A DNA stretch of 64,000 bases from Cyanobacteria bacterium P01_A01_bin.123 (lineage in GTDB: Bacteria > Cyanobacteriota > Cyanobacteriia > Phormidesmidales > Phormidesmidaceae), in the NCBI GenBank assembly GCA_039815185.1, contig JBCBZT010000007.1:32001-96000 (forward strand), written 5' to 3'. The number at the start of each line of letters is the position of its first letter. Positions within the stretch are counted from its first letter, which is position 1. The translations under genes were made by a program, and so were the position numbers. A model generated the notes under the pieces. It had not been told where the DNA came from. It ran no database searches and was given only the letters and a program-made list of their open reading frames with translations. Below, piece after piece: positions 47,829-58,805 of this stretch.

Positions 47829-48746
47829 CTAGTGGTTGATGCCCGGGTCTTTTGGTAACGTCGTGGCTGTGGCGTACAAGTGTTGTTGACGATGTTGACT
47901 GAGAATGCCGTATTTGGGCGCGAATACCATTGCAACCCCAAATAGCAGCGTCATCAGCACCACAATACTGCCAGCCGTAGACGTATCTAGGTGGTAGCTC
48001 ATATAGGTGCCCAGCACGCAAGATGCCACACTGGTTGCGACCGAGAGCATAAGTATACGGTCAAAGCGATCGCTCAGGAGATAGGCTGTCGCACCAGGTG
48101 TCACCAGCATCGCGATGACTAAGATAATGCCTGCCGTTTGTAGCGCTGTGACAATCGTCAAGGCAAGCACAGATAGCAGCGTGTAGTACATCAGCTGGGT
48201 ATTGAGGCCGATAGCCTTGGCGTGGTTGGGGTCGAAGCAAAACAACAGTAAGTCCCGGCGACGTAGCAGAATGATCACTAGGGTTGCGGTTCCTGCAATG
48301 AGGGTCTGAATGATGTCCTGCTGGGAAATGCCCAACACATTGCCAAACAGAATATGAAATAGATCGACGTTGCTTGGAATTTTAGTCGACAGCACTATTC
48401 CAAAGGCAAAGAACCCAGTAAAGATGACGCCAATCACTGCATCTTCTTTCAGTCGGGTTTTGGCTTTGACATAGCCAATGGCGACCGTTGCCCCAAAACC
48501 AAACAAAAATGCGCCAACAGCAAAGGGAATCTCCAGTGCGTAGGCGACTACTACACCCGGCACCACTGCGTGGGATACTGCATCACCCATGAGCGACCAT
48601 CCCTTTAGGGTGATATAGCAAGATAGCACTGCACAGACTGTACCTACAAAGGCGCTGACCCAGAGAGCCTTAAGTAAGAACCCATGTCGTAGCGGCTCAA
48701 GCAGTGTATCCCATAGGGGAAATGCAGCGCTCAGGTAACTCATCAT
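47829..48746 (-). CDS. mntB: Mn ABC transporter permease
   Basis: SLMGDAVSHAVVPG (ABC-3 family); same operon as mntA and mntC. Confidence 0.88.
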   Translation of the reverse strand: MMSYLSAAFPLWDTLLEPLRHGFLLKALWVSAFVGTVCAVLSCYITLKGWSLMGDAVSHAVVPGVVVAYALEIPFAVGAFLFGFGATVAIGYVKAKTRLKEDAVIGVIFTGFFAFGIVLSTKIPSNVDLFHILFGNVLGISQQDIIQTLIAGTATLVIILLRRRDLLLFCFDPNHAKAIGLNTQLMYYTLLSVLALTIVTALQTAGIILVIAMLVTPGATAYLLSDRFDRILMLSVATSVASCVLGTYMSYHLDTSTAGSIVVLMTLLFGVAMVFAPKYGILSQHRQQHLYATATTLPKDPGINH

Positions 48747-49546
48747 GCAGCGTCTACTCCCGTTCTGAATTCAGTCATAAAAGGTGATTTGCCCAAACCC
48801 GCAACCGGGACGCCACCAAAAGTCATCGCTAGATTTTCTGGGGTAAAGGTTTCTGCAGTGGTTCCTGAAGCCAAAATGGTTTGGTTTAGCAAAATCACGC
48901 GATCGCAGAAGGTTGAAACTGACGCTAAATCATGGGTTGAAACCAAGATTGTATGTCCCTGATTGCGCAACTGTATGAGTAAGTCGATAATTCGCTTTTC
49001 GGTTTTGACATCAACCCCAGTGAACGGTTCATCTAACAAAATTACCTTCCCTTCTTGAGCCAAAGCCCGTGCCAAAAACGCTCGTTTTCTCTGGCCACCT
49101 GAGAGTTCACCAATCTGGCGATGGCGGAGGTCACTCAGACCAACTCGCTCAAGACTTTCCATTACCATGCGGCGATCTTTGAGACTAGGAATCCGCAAGA
49201 CATTCATATAGCCGTAGCGGCCCATCATTACCACATCAAATACGCTAACCGGGAACTGCCAATCTACCTCATCGGCCTGGGGCACATAGGCTATCCACTG
49301 ACGCTTTTGAGCCTGTTGTACGCGCTCTGTGCCGATGCGAATCCGCCCCTGGGTTGGTTGCAAAAAACCCATCATTGCTTTAAACAGGGTAGATTTGCCG
49401 CCCCCATTTGGCCCCACTAGCCCTGTGATCGTGCCCGGCTCAACCCTACAGTTGGCGTTATAAAGGGCTAAGCGAGCATTGCTGTAGGTAACACTGAGGT
49501 TTTGAACGGTAATGCTTAAAGGCAGTGTAGTTGTTTGCATCATCAT
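48743..49546 (-). CDS. mntA: Mn ABC transporter ATPase
   Basis: GPNGGGKST, LSGGQ and LLDEPF. Confidence 0.88.
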   Translation of the reverse strand: MMMQTTTLPLSITVQNLSVTYSNARLALYNANCRVEPGTITGLVGPNGGGKSTLFKAMMGFLQPTQGRIRIGTERVQQAQKRQWIAYVPQADEVDWQFPVSVFDVVMMGRYGYMNVLRIPSLKDRRMVMESLERVGLSDLRHRQIGELSGGQRKRAFLARALAQEGKVILLDEPFTGVDVKTEKRIIDLLIQLRNQGHTILVSTHDLASVSTFCDRVILLNQTILASGTTAETFTPENLAMTFGGVPVAGLGKSPFMTEFRTGVDAA

Positions 49547-49648
49547 TTGTTTACCTAATTTATTTGCCTAAAAGAGGTCAGGTTATCTTGGGCGTTGTAT
49601 CGGTGGGCCATACCCACGAAACATAGGATTTGACCTGTCAAACAGCCT

Positions 49649-50635
49649 CTAAGGCGTATTGCTACCTGCCAATAGGCCATTTGCAATGGTGCGGGCGTCG
49701 TATTCCAGTAGGTCTAAGAAAGTTGGCACAGGCCCATCTTCTGTCGAGAGGGAGTCAACGTATAGATTGCCTCCAAAGCGGGCTCCAGTACTTTGAGCGA
49801 CTTGCTTTTGACCTTCATCGCTAACCGTGCTTTCGCAAAACACGGTGGGGACTTCACCGTCGTTGACCTGCTCAATCACGCCCTGAATTTGTTTGGGGGT
49901 AGATTGTTGTTCAGCGTTGATGGGCCAAAGGTAAATTTCTGTCATGCCGTAATCGCGAGCCAGATAAGCAAACGCTCCTTCACAACTCACGAGGTATCGC
50001 TGTGATTCAGGCACTCGCTCTAGATCGACCTGGAGTTGCTTATCAATGGCTTCAATCTGTTCGCTGTAGGCAGCGGCATTCGCGTTGTAGGTCTCCGCAT
50101 TCTCAGGGTCGAGTTCAACAAACGCTTGACGAATATTTTCAACATAAATTAGGGCATTGCGGGGCGACATCCAGGCATGGGGATTCGGTTTGTCGGTGTA
50201 GGGTCCTTCAGCAATGGGGATGGGCTCAATGCCTTCTGTTAAAACGACTGAGGGCACATCTTGGACATTTCCTAGGAATTGCTCAAACCAACGCTCTAGA
50301 TTCATGCCGTTGTAAAGCAGCAAGTCAGCATCCTGAGCTTTACTTAAATCGCTAGGGACGGGTTCGTAACCATGGATCTCTGCGCCAATGCGGGTAATTG
50401 ATTCAACCACCAGTTTGTCGCCGGCCACATTTTGGGCCATGTCTGCCAGGATGGTGAAAGTGGTTAGCACTTTCTTTTTCCCTCCGGCTTGGGTAGTTGA
50501 GTCGGGCTCAACGGCGTTTTCAATCTCAGCAGTGTCAGGGGTTGAAATTTCTGTAGGCGCGCAGCCTTGCAGCCAAACTCCAAGTATGAGGCTGGCTGCA
50601 AGGGTTAAACTTCTGATGGGCAAATTGTTTGCCAT
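49649..50635 (-). CDS. mntC: Mn ABC transporter substrate-binding lipoprotein
   Basis: Lipobox LQGC; EIHGYEP, NPHAWMSP, CEGAF and VDSLS metal-ligand motifs. Confidence 0.9.
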   Translation of the reverse strand: MANNLPIRSLTLAASLILGVWLQGCAPTEISTPDTAEIENAVEPDSTTQAGGKKKVLTTFTILADMAQNVAGDKLVVESITRIGAEIHGYEPVPSDLSKAQDADLLLYNGMNLERWFEQFLGNVQDVPSVVLTEGIEPIPIAEGPYTDKPNPHAWMSPRNALIYVENIRQAFVELDPENAETYNANAAAYSEQIEAIDKQLQVDLERVPESQRYLVSCEGAFAYLARDYGMTEIYLWPINAEQQSTPKQIQGVIEQVNDGEVPTVFCESTVSDEGQKQVAQSTGARFGGNLYVDSLSTEDGPVPTFLDLLEYDARTIANGLLAGSNTP

Positions 50636-50647
50636 GGCTAAAACGAT

Positions 50648-50684
50648 TTTTCATAATTGTCTCATATTTCATTTTTACCTCATA
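50648..50684 (-). promoter_or_regulatory. Two tandem ManR-like boxes upstream of mntC
   Basis: Minus strand TATGAGGT-AAA-AATGAAAT and TATGAGAC-AAT-TATGAAAA; 11-bp-period (T/A)ATGA direct repeats. Confidence 0.7.
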
Positions 50685-50985
50685 ATTACATAAGTGACTA
50701 GTCCTAGATTGCCAATAAACTGGTTTCCGGCTGGGAGTAGTCGACGAAAATTGAGTATTTATAGCGATGGCCAAATTGCTTAATGCACTGAGGATCGCCA
50801 GGATGCTGAGTCCACAGGCAATCTGACTCGCGTTAGTGCACAAAGCTTTGTGGCTACCGCCATCGCAAAAGAAGCCCAGTTTCTACGGTAGGATTGTGCT
50901 CAACAAAAACTGACTGCACCACCGGAGTAGTGCAGCCAAGGAGAGAAATATATAGAAGAGTGGGACAGTGCCCCAAACTCTTGAC

Positions 50986-51651
50986 TTAAAAATTATTCGG
51001 ATTCAAGGGGCGACCCGGTGCGCTATTCAACTGTGTTGCAGTGCCGCCGTCCTCTGGTGCCAAAAACGGCTTCAAGTTAATCCCATTCGATTGTTGACTG
51101 CCGCCAATCCCGCCTGAATCCAACACACCGCCGATTTGATCCAGAATGCTGCCACCCCCTCCAGTGAATGTGGTGACGCCCTCTGTAGCTTGCCCTTCAT
51201 CTGCTAAGGCCAGGTTTTCAAACACTTGGTCGCGGGTCGCGACGGGGTCTTGACCTTGGGGTACGGTGAAAACAATTTGGCAAGTGTTATTGGCTTCGGT
51301 AATCACACAAACGGTATTGTAGCCGTTCTCAATGCCGGTGCGCATTTCCACTAAACCTTGAGGTCGGTAGAGTTCTAGCCGTTCACTAATGGTGTTGCAG
51401 CGGCGTTCAGCAGGCCAGTTGGCACCCATATCGTCTGGCACTGCCCAGGGATAAGCTTGGCCAGGCTGGCTTTGGGGTAGATACACCACCGTGTATTCGC
51501 CATTTTGCACCTGACAGGCAAACCGGGCAGAATCGTCTGTGGGTTCTTCAGTTTGTGCCAAAGCGGGGATCCCCATGCTGGCTAGGCAACCCGCGAGCAA
51601 AACGCCGCTGCTAAAGCGAAATAGCCCCTGATTGCGTTGTGTTGCGCTCAT
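50986..51651 (-). CDS. COP23-domain exported protein
   Basis: Signal peptide; RFAC...W.AERRC.TIS.RL...G.ENGYNTVC...C.IVFTV. Confidence 0.8.
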   Translation of the reverse strand: MSATQRNQGLFRFSSGVLLAGCLASMGIPALAQTEEPTDDSARFACQVQNGEYTVVYLPQSQPGQAYPWAVPDDMGANWPAERRCNTISERLELYRPQGLVEMRTGIENGYNTVCVITEANNTCQIVFTVPQGQDPVATRDQVFENLALADEGQATEGVTTFTGGGGSILDQIGGVLDSGGIGGSQQSNGINLKPFLAPEDGGTATQLNSAPGRPLNPNNF

Positions 51652-51840
51652 TTCTCCACTGCTCCCGATTGTTAGTCTGTGTGTGATTAATTTGTAATTC
51701 TAGGGTAACGATTTCATTTAGCGACTCATTGCGGCCAAATGAACTCATATAGAGCTGTAGACGGCGATCGCGGCGGTTTTGTTCACGCGCTCTCAAATAA
51801 TAAAAAGGGCCTTCAAATAATCAGAAAGACCCCAAAACAA

Positions 51841-51872
51841 CAAAGAGGGACTCAAGCTTGAGTCCCTCTTTG
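51841..51872 (-). terminator. Perfect 32-bp palindrome, likely terminator of the tRNA-Met transcript
   Basis: CAAAGAGGGACTCAAGCTTGAGTCCCTCTTTG, 4 nt past the tRNA CCA end and followed by U-rich sequence on the minus strand. Confidence 0.75.
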
Positions 51873-51876
51873 ACTA

Positions 51877-51953
<77 letters not shown>

Positions 51954-52014
51954 TCATTTGCTTATCCACTATAACGAAAGAGTTGCAATTTCAGCAACGT
52001 TAATTACCAATTTT

Positions 52015-52965
52015 CTAAAATAAAGATAATTCTCCGACAACGTCTAGGCGCTTAAAGCTGCTCAACACCATATATGTCTCGGCTAGGGTCTCAGAAATTT
52101 CTGGGGAAATCCAACCCAGCTGCTTCAATAGATAAACTGCCAGGGCATACTTGGCTCGTTTCGCGCCGTCTAATACCTTAATGGCTAGGCCCAGATCTTC
52201 CCCGACCTTGCCAATACACTGGATCCCTTCCGCTCCCGATTTGCTGATAATTGCCCCTCCGGTCAGCTGCATCAAATCGGTGTCAAAGGCGTCCTGTCCG
52301 GCTACCATGGCAGGATAGCTCGTCATCGCGCGGACAATTCTTTCCATGGCTAGGTTGTTACCGGAGGCAAGCTTAGCAAACAGGCTGGCCATTTGCGCTA
52401 GCTGCATGTAGTAGGTGGGAGCCCCACAATCATCATGGGCGCAGATAAATTCATCTGCAGGCATGCCCAGGAGCTCTGATATCTTATTCAAGATCAACTG
52501 CTGGACTGGGTGGCTACGTTCGAGGTAAGTGCCTAGAGGCCAGTTTTGCTGGCGGCAGGCAGCTAACATGCCGGCGTGTTTACCGGAGCAGTTATGCTGT
52601 AACGCACTTTGTTTATCCCCTGCGGCAGGGCACTGCAACATTTCTGGCTCGATGTCAGCACGCCATAAAATGTGAAACACCTGGCGCACTTGTTCCATGT
52701 TGCCTCGGTGAGAGCTACAGATAATGGCTAGATCGCGATCATCGAGATCAAAACGTTCTAGCGTCCCTGTCGCTATAATCGCGAGAGCTTGAAAAGGCTT
52801 TAGGGCAGAGCGCATAAACGTGCCTGTCTCTGGGTTGCCTGCTACCGACAATACCCGTCCTCGACTATCACAAATGACTGCTTCAGCATGGTGGGTTGAT
52901 TCAACAACGCCCTCGCGCAACAGTTGAATCCGAATGTCTGTTTGAGTTCGCTTTGCCTTGGTCAT
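52015..52965 (-). CDS. L-asparaginase II family protein
   Basis: RSALKPFQA, SSH.G, HNCSGKH, DDCGAP and KSGAEG. Confidence 0.9.
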   Translation of the reverse strand: MTKAKRTQTDIRIQLLREGVVESTHHAEAVICDSRGRVLSVAGNPETGTFMRSALKPFQALAIIATGTLERFDLDDRDLAIICSSHRGNMEQVRQVFHILWRADIEPEMLQCPAAGDKQSALQHNCSGKHAGMLAACRQQNWPLGTYLERSHPVQQLILNKISELLGMPADEFICAHDDCGAPTYYMQLAQMASLFAKLASGNNLAMERIVRAMTSYPAMVAGQDAFDTDLMQLTGGAIISKSGAEGIQCIGKVGEDLGLAIKVLDGAKRAKYALAVYLLKQLGWISPEISETLAETYMVLSSFKRLDVVGELSLF

Positions 52966-53067
52966 AGTTAGCCTTGATTATCGCTAAAACTGTGACATAA
53001 CTATGGGTTGAGTGCAAGCAATACCAATGACTTAGATGAACTGGTGAGCGTCTCTAGGTGTTAGGGG

Positions 53068-53565
53068 TTATATCAATTGCCAAAGGAGACTCTCAACTAA
53101 CAAAACGCTGGCAATTGTGGCAAAGCTGATATGGATCCGGTTGAGAATGGGCTTCACCTCGTAATCGGTAATCAGGCGATCGCGATCAGCAATGGTTTCT
53201 GGCTTGATCCACACTTGTCCGTCGTACCACCCTGACTCTTCGTAGGGCACGGCGGGTTGGCGTAGGCGATCGCCTACATGTCGCCAGCCTACATAGAGCT
53301 GAGCCAGCGTCAGCAGCGGTAAAACCAATGCCCCGGCGGTTCCAAGCATGACAAACTGTACTGGCCACTTACCCGGTGTGAAATTGACTGATACCACGGG
53401 GCCTACCACCAGCCAACTCAGGCTCCAAAGCACAATCAAGGGTGTGAGATATCCCCGTAGCGGACGGCATCCCCAGCTGTAAAACCACGAGGTTTTCATA
53501 TCCTCGTATTCGTTAATGGGTTGTTGCTCACTGGGTACCGGACACCGAGTCATGGTCATTTTCAT
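53068..53565 (-). CDS. CGLD27/Ycf36 (DUF1230) membrane protein
   Basis: CPVPSEQQPINEY and YEESGWYDGQVW.KP. Confidence 0.9.
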   Translation of the reverse strand: MKMTMTRCPVPSEQQPINEYEDMKTSWFYSWGCRPLRGYLTPLIVLWSLSWLVVGPVVSVNFTPGKWPVQFVMLGTAGALVLPLLTLAQLYVGWRHVGDRLRQPAVPYEESGWYDGQVWIKPETIADRDRLITDYEVKPILNRIHISFATIASVLLVESLLWQLI

Positions 53566-53592
53566 TGAAAGGTAGCACTAAGTCCTAGGGTT

Positions 53593-54051
53593 TTATTGCT
53601 GGTTTGCCACTGCCGCTGCAGTCAGGTCAAAGTCGACTTCAGTAGCATGACCCCAAAAGGCTTCTAGGTTATAAAAGTCTCGTTCATCGGGCATAAAGAT
53701 GTGGACAATGATCTCGCCATAGTCTTGCAAAATCCAGCTGCCCTCGGCTTGGCCTTCGGTGCGTAGGGGCTGGCGATGCCACTTTTCTTCGAGCGCTACT
53801 TCAATATTGCGGGCAACGGCACGGACTTGGGCACTCGAAAACCCCGTCGCAATCACGAAAAAGTCTGCGATATAAGAGACATCAGAGAGCTGTAAAATCC
53901 GAATATCGTTGGCTTTGCGATCATCTGCTGCGATCGCAGCGTCGATAGCCATACGTTTCGCTGCCGCTAAATCGTCACTTTCCATTGCAGTTTGGTCTGT
54001 CAGGGATGACGGCGTGGTTTGTTCGGCAGTCAAATTAATCGGATCACTCAT
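53593..54051 (-). CDS. rsfS: Ribosome silencing factor (Iojap)
   Basis: DRKANDI, ADFFVIATG, WILQDYGEIIVHIF and FYNLEAFW. Confidence 0.93.
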   Translation of the reverse strand: MSDPINLTAEQTTPSSLTDQTAMESDDLAAAKRMAIDAAIAADDRKANDIRILQLSDVSYIADFFVIATGFSSAQVRAVARNIEVALEEKWHRQPLRTEGQAEGSWILQDYGEIIVHIFMPDERDFYNLEAFWGHATEVDFDLTAAAVANQQ

Positions 54052-54316
54052 TAGGCAGCTTATATCCTGAATGACGGCATTAATACACTTCTCTTGTCAC
54101 GATAGCGCTAACTTTCAATCAGCGTCGGTCGGGTTGAGAAAATTTCATGGACTTAAAGCCGAAAAGCTCGTATGGCAAAGCTTCTAGAAGTTTTTAGATT
54201 TGCATATTTTGTCGTCGTGTTGATCCCCGCTCCGATTGTGGCGCTGAAATCCCAAAAATTAGCTATCCTTCGAGTAACTTTTTGAGTGCTTGTCTGAGTT
54301 TGGGCCGTAAGGGGTA

Positions 54317-54697
54317 ATGCTAAGGCTTTGGGTTGTTTGTTTTGTGCTGCTGTTCGGATGTGCTGAGGGGTATCAGTGGGTATCTCAACTGCACTGGTTT
54401 AGTGAGGTTAGCTTGTCGCTACCGCTAGTAATTGCGGGGGGGATGGCCTTAGCGATCGCGTCTAACCACACTCACTTTCTCGGATTAGCGGTCAAAGGAA
54501 TGCGCGATCGCACGTTTCAACCTGATCTATCTACTGCATCTCCTAGCGCTGCCGATAATGCCAAAACATCCCCATCGGCGATGCAATGCACAAAGCCGTT
54601 GTCATTTCAAATTAATCGGCTGCAACCTAAGTCTGCTTCAATCTCATTCAATATTCTGCACCCCAAGTCACAGCGATCAGATTCTGAATCTAAGTAG
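54317..54697 (+). CDS. Hypothetical membrane protein
   Basis: Two hydrophobic segments (MLRLWVVCFVLLF..AE.YQW; LVIAGGMALAIASN). Confidence 0.65.
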   Translation: MLRLWVVCFVLLFGCAEGYQWVSQLHWFSEVSLSLPLVIAGGMALAIASNHTHFLGLAVKGMRDRTFQPDLSTASPSAADNAKTSPSAMQCTKPLSFQINRLQPKSASISFNILHPKSQRSDSESK

Positions 54698-54771
54698 AGA
54701 TACTGACTTTAAGCACACTTTATTGATAGCTGTAGAGTTCATTGACTATTACGCAGCCTGCTTGGTTAACG

Positions 54772-55308
54772 TTATGGTTTGAGCAACTCGACAGCATCGC
54801 GACCATCGGGATCGCTGAGATACACTTTCACGATTTCTTCTTTTGCAGTGGGCACCTGCTTACCCGTAAAGTCAGGATGGATGGGCAGCTCTCGATGCCC
54901 GCGATCGATTAATACCGCTAGTTGAATCAACTCCGGACGGCCATAGTCGGTCACAGCATTTAGGGCAGCGCGAATAGTGCGTCCACTAAAGATCACATCG
55001 TCAACGAGCACCACTATTTTGTCATTCAAATCAAAGGGAATTTGGGTTTTTGCCGGAGTTCGAACCCCAATTTTGTCGAGGTCATCGCGGTAGAAGGTAA
55101 TGTCGATTGCGCCTGTAGGCACCTGAATCGATTCAAGCCATTCGATCTGCTGAGCCAAATTTAGAGCTAAAGGAACGCCCCGTGTATGAATGCCCAATAA
55201 CACCAGTTTTTCAAGACTGCTAGAGCGTTCAACCACTTCCGAGGCTAAACGGTTGAGGGTACGTCGCAGTTCATCGGACGACAGCAGTTCAACAACTTCT
55301 GATGACAT
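54772..55308 (-). CDS. pyrR: PyrR / uracil phosphoribosyltransferase
   Basis: [20 protein letters not shown] and DRGHRELPI. Confidence 0.95.
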   Translation of the reverse strand: MSSEVVELLSSDELRRTLNRLASEVVERSSSLEKLVLLGIHTRGVPLALNLAQQIEWLESIQVPTGAIDITFYRDDLDKIGVRTPAKTQIPFDLNDKIVVLVDDVIFSGRTIRAALNAVTDYGRPELIQLAVLIDRGHRELPIHPDFTGKQVPTAKEEIVKVYLSDPDGRDAVELLKP

Positions 55309-55340
55309 AGGTCAGCGTTTCTGGATGGGGCCAAGGTTTA

Positions 55341-56324
55341 TCAAGAGGCGTAGGCTAAGAATCCCAATCCTACAAGACCTAGCGCCAGCCATAAACCGTA
55401 AACCTGCCGGGTAAGTGTCATGGCTTGTCGAATGATGTCGGGGGTAATGGGATGTCGCGAATCGGCTAAGAGGGGTTTTATTTTAATCACCCCGCCATAG
55501 CGATTAACGCCGCCGAGTTGTACGCCCAATACGGCTGCATAGGCACATTCACTCCAGCCTGCGTTGGGGCTTGGATCCGCTATCGCGTCTCGACGACACA
55601 CCCGCAATACCGGCCTAGGTCTACCGGATAGGAGGGCTAGGGTCAGCACACTAAGGCGGCAGGGCAACCAGGTTAACCCGTCTTCTAGACGAGCACTAAA
55701 CCACCCAAGATAGGTGTAAGGCGCATCTCGATAGCCCACCATTGAGTCTAGGGTACTGGCTGCTTTGTAGGACAGGGCTAGGGGAACGCTACCTACTCCA
55801 GAGAGGATGGCTCCAAGCAGTGCATAAAACAAGGGAGCTAACACGCCATCCACTGCATTCTCACTGATAGTTTCCATGATGGCGCGGTAAATGTCGGGGG
55901 TGGACAAATCTTGGGTATCGCGACCGACGTAACGACTGAGCGTGTCACGGGCGATCGCGATTTTGCCATCGGCTAAGGGGGCTAGCACGGCCTCGGCGGC
56001 TTGGCGTAAACTCCGTCCTGCCAAGCAGCTGGCTAACATAATCACCTGGATTCCGATGCCCAGCCAGGGATGGATTAGTGTGGCACCGTATATCAGAATC
56101 CATCCGATGCCCCCACTGCCGAGGATCAGCCCTAAACCCAACCCAATCCCCGCTATCCGTTGGCTATGGGGTGTCTGGAAGTGCTTTAAAGCCCACTGGC
56201 TGTAACGGGCGATCGCAGCCCCCATTACCTGCACAGGATGTAACCATCCCCATGGGTCGCCCAGCAGATAATCTAAACTGCTGGCTACCACCAGCACAAT
56301 TGTGGCCGCAAGCGTATGATTCAA
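55341..56324 (-). CDS. cbiB: Adenosylcobinamide-phosphate synthase CbiB/CobD
   Basis: GDP...HPV, VGRDT, ENAVDG, TLDSMVGY and SPNAGWSE. Confidence 0.93.
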   Translation of the reverse strand: MNHTLAATIVLVVASSLDYLLGDPWGWLHPVQVMGAAIARYSQWALKHFQTPHSQRIAGIGLGLGLILGSGGIGWILIYGATLIHPWLGIGIQVIMLASCLAGRSLRQAAEAVLAPLADGKIAIARDTLSRYVGRDTQDLSTPDIYRAIMETISENAVDGVLAPLFYALLGAILSGVGSVPLALSYKAASTLDSMVGYRDAPYTYLGWFSARLEDGLTWLPCRLSVLTLALLSGRPRPVLRVCRRDAIADPSPNAGWSECAYAAVLGVQLGGVNRYGGVIKIKPLLADSRHPITPDIIRQAMTLTRQVYGLWLALGLVGLGFLAYAS

Positions 56325-56336
56325 GCTGATGTTTCC

Positions 56337-56780
56337 TCAAACCACGAAACTGGCATCTTCACCTTGGGCTGCTTGCCAACTGCGGGCATCGTAGTAGAGA
56401 TCTTCTAAGGAAATGTTGTAAAGCGCTTCCTTGAGCTTTTGGTGCAGGCGATGCCACAGGGTAAAGGTGACCCAGTCTTCAGCATGGCCGTGATCTGCCT
56501 GGTGTCGTGGTAAAGGATCGAGGGTTTCACCCACTGCTTCCAGGATTTGCCCGAGTGAAATTTGTGCGGGTAATCGTGCCAGCTGATAGCCACCGTGAGC
56601 CCCTCGCACTGAGATCACCAACCCGGCTCGACGGAGTTCAATCAACAATTTTTCGAGATAGGGGGCGGGCAAATCTTGTCGCTGTGCGATCGCACTCACC
56701 GAAGCTAAACAACCTTGGGGTTGCAAACTCAAATCGAGTAGCGCTTTAACACTGTAATGGCCACGAGTCGTTAGCTTCAT
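56337..56780 (-). CDS. Rrf2-family transcriptional regulator
   Basis: MKLTTRGHYSVKAL, YLEKLL..LRRAGLV.SVRG..GGY.L. Confidence 0.92.
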   Translation of the reverse strand: MKLTTRGHYSVKALLDLSLQPQGCLASVSAIAQRQDLPAPYLEKLLIELRRAGLVISVRGAHGGYQLARLPAQISLGQILEAVGETLDPLPRHQADHGHAEDWVTFTLWHRLHQKLKEALYNISLEDLYYDARSWQAAQGEDASFVV

Positions 56781-57372
56781 GAGCTTTATTGTCGAGCAGA
56801 TGACTGTCACCACACCCTAACATCGTCACTTTCAAGATACCGCGTTGACGACAACGGTTATTTAACAAGCAGCCGCCTGATCAAACTAAAAGCAATCACT
56901 TGAAAATGGTTTGATGCCTTGGCGTCAAATCGCGCAATTCACCTAGATGCTGATTGATCACGGGGGTTGCTTCCAGACTAAACGCATCAACTTGGCGTTA
57001 GCTAAATTCTCTCCACATCCCCAGCTGAAGTTTTGTGTCAGCAAAACTCCTCATCATGAGCTGGCAGCGGTTTATGTGGAGAGCATGACACCTCAACAAT
57101 GGGTGTTGCCCCTCATTGCCCCATCATAATTAGGTATGCCAAGCCTTCAGATGCTGACAACACACCCTGCGATTAGATATTGATCAATCCTGCCAAGAAC
57201 TGGGGATCAACAGTCTCTAAGTCATTCAGAAAATTCCGCAAAAAAATGTCAAAATCGATTTGCGTGTAGTATCATTCAGCTGGTCAAGATAACCGTTAGG
57301 ATAGATAGGCCGGTGTGCGAAAGATCTAGCACGTCATTAATTCCCTGTTGTAGATTTTAGAGATTGAAGCTA

Positions 57373-57780
57373 ATGGCTAGTGAAACCCAGTTAGAGGCCT
57401 TAACAGGCAAGGCACTGCTTAAGAAAGTTAAGGATTTAGAGCATCTTAGCAAAGAGGAAAAGGCAAAAGCATGTGGCTACTACACCGTTACTAAAAGCGG
57501 TGTTGCAAGAGTCAACATGATGAAATTCCTCAATGCCCTCATTGATGCGGAAGGCATTCAACTCGACAGTACCCAAAGTACAAACGGTCGTGGGGGGCGC
57601 AGTGCGAGTTACCGAATCACCGTGCAGTCGAATGGCAATTTACTGATTGGGTCTGCTTACACAAAGCAGATGGGTCTACAGCCCGGTGATGAGTTTGAAA
57701 TTTCTTTGGGCCGCAAACATATCCGTCTAAAGCAACTGACTGATGGTCTAGAAGACGAGGATGGAGAAGACGAAGATTAG
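57373..57780 (+). CDS. Cyanobacterial AbrB-like regulator (cyAbrB)
   Basis: LTGKALLKKVK, ACGYY, GRSASYRITVQSNGNLLIGSAYT and GDEFEISLGRKHI. Confidence 0.93.
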   Translation: MASETQLEALTGKALLKKVKDLEHLSKEEKAKACGYYTVTKSGVARVNMMKFLNALIDAEGIQLDSTQSTNGRGGRSASYRITVQSNGNLLIGSAYTKQMGLQPGDEFEISLGRKHIRLKQLTDGLEDEDGEDED

Positions 57781-57884
57781 AGTGTTATCTGGGTTGCGCT
57801 AAATTTAGTTAGGAATAGCCCACTTTGCGACTCCAGGTTCTGCTGCTGGGCTTAGAGAAACTTCAAAAAGGTTACCAATATTCC

Positions 57885-57910
57885 AGGGCACAAACACTGT
57901 GCCCTTTTTT
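57885..57910 (+). terminator. Intrinsic terminator after cyAbrB
   Basis: AGGGCACA-AACAC-TGTGCCCT followed by a T-run. Confidence 0.75.
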
Positions 57911-58499
57911 AGTGGTCTAAAGATTTCAAATTATGCAGATGCCAACAATCAGATGGCGGTATGAAACATAACACTTTTCTAACAGGCGATTCAGCGATGT
58001 GTGCCGCTGCCAGTTGTGGTCAAGGATCTGTTTTCAGGTCTCGGTAGAATATCCATAACGCAGGGGTAGCCATTACCTGCGTTATATTTTTTCTGCAATC
58101 TTAATGAAAATCAATTTTAAGTAAGAGAAGTAAAAGGTAGTATAAGTCTGATCGAAAAACTTTTAATATTTGCTTGATTGTCCTAATTGGTGTTTAGATT
58201 GCCCATTCAATCGGCCTTGAAAAGCCTTGTGTAGACTGGAATCTGCGTTTTTGATGATAAGCGAGCATGAAATTTGACTTGAAAAAGATCTAGAGAGTCT
58301 CCCTATACCGAGTCAGTTCGGGAGCTGGACTTGGACAAGATTGAGCACGCCACCAACTTGATTTTGAAAGGAATGGCTTGCCTCCTTGCCCCCTGACTCG
58401 AATCAAAATGGTTACGACCTGTCAGATTGGGCTTGGACGACGAGACGAGGAGGTAAATGGGATTTTTGTTGAATTCTGCAATTTTAATAGAGGTTTAAA

Positions 58500-58685
58500 G
58501 TGATGTTGAACAATTGCCCCTGCTGTTCTGAGCCCTTGCTACGCCATGCTCGCCACGGTGGTGTTTACTGGTTTTGTTCCCATTGCTGGCAAGAAATGCC
58601 CGATCTACCTGAAGCCTTAGTCGTCCGTCGACAGTATCAGTCTTCTCTGCAAGGTCTCATTCGCGCTATGTCTGGGGTGACTTAG
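58500..58685 (+). CDS. Small Zn-ribbon protein
   Basis: CPCCS..LLRHAR...YWFCSHCWQEMP; AGAGG RBS. Confidence 0.75.
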   Translation: MMLNNCPCCSEPLLRHARHGGVYWFCSHCWQEMPDLPEALVVRRQYQSSLQGLIRAMSGVT

Positions 58686-58805
58686 GGTTATCAGGATAAG
58701 TTTGATGAAGATGAGCCGTTTTTTTTAAAGCGATCGCGTGAATTAGCCTATCCCTTAGTTTAATAAAGGCGACTTCTTTGAAGACGTAACGAACTAGCTC
58801 AAACT

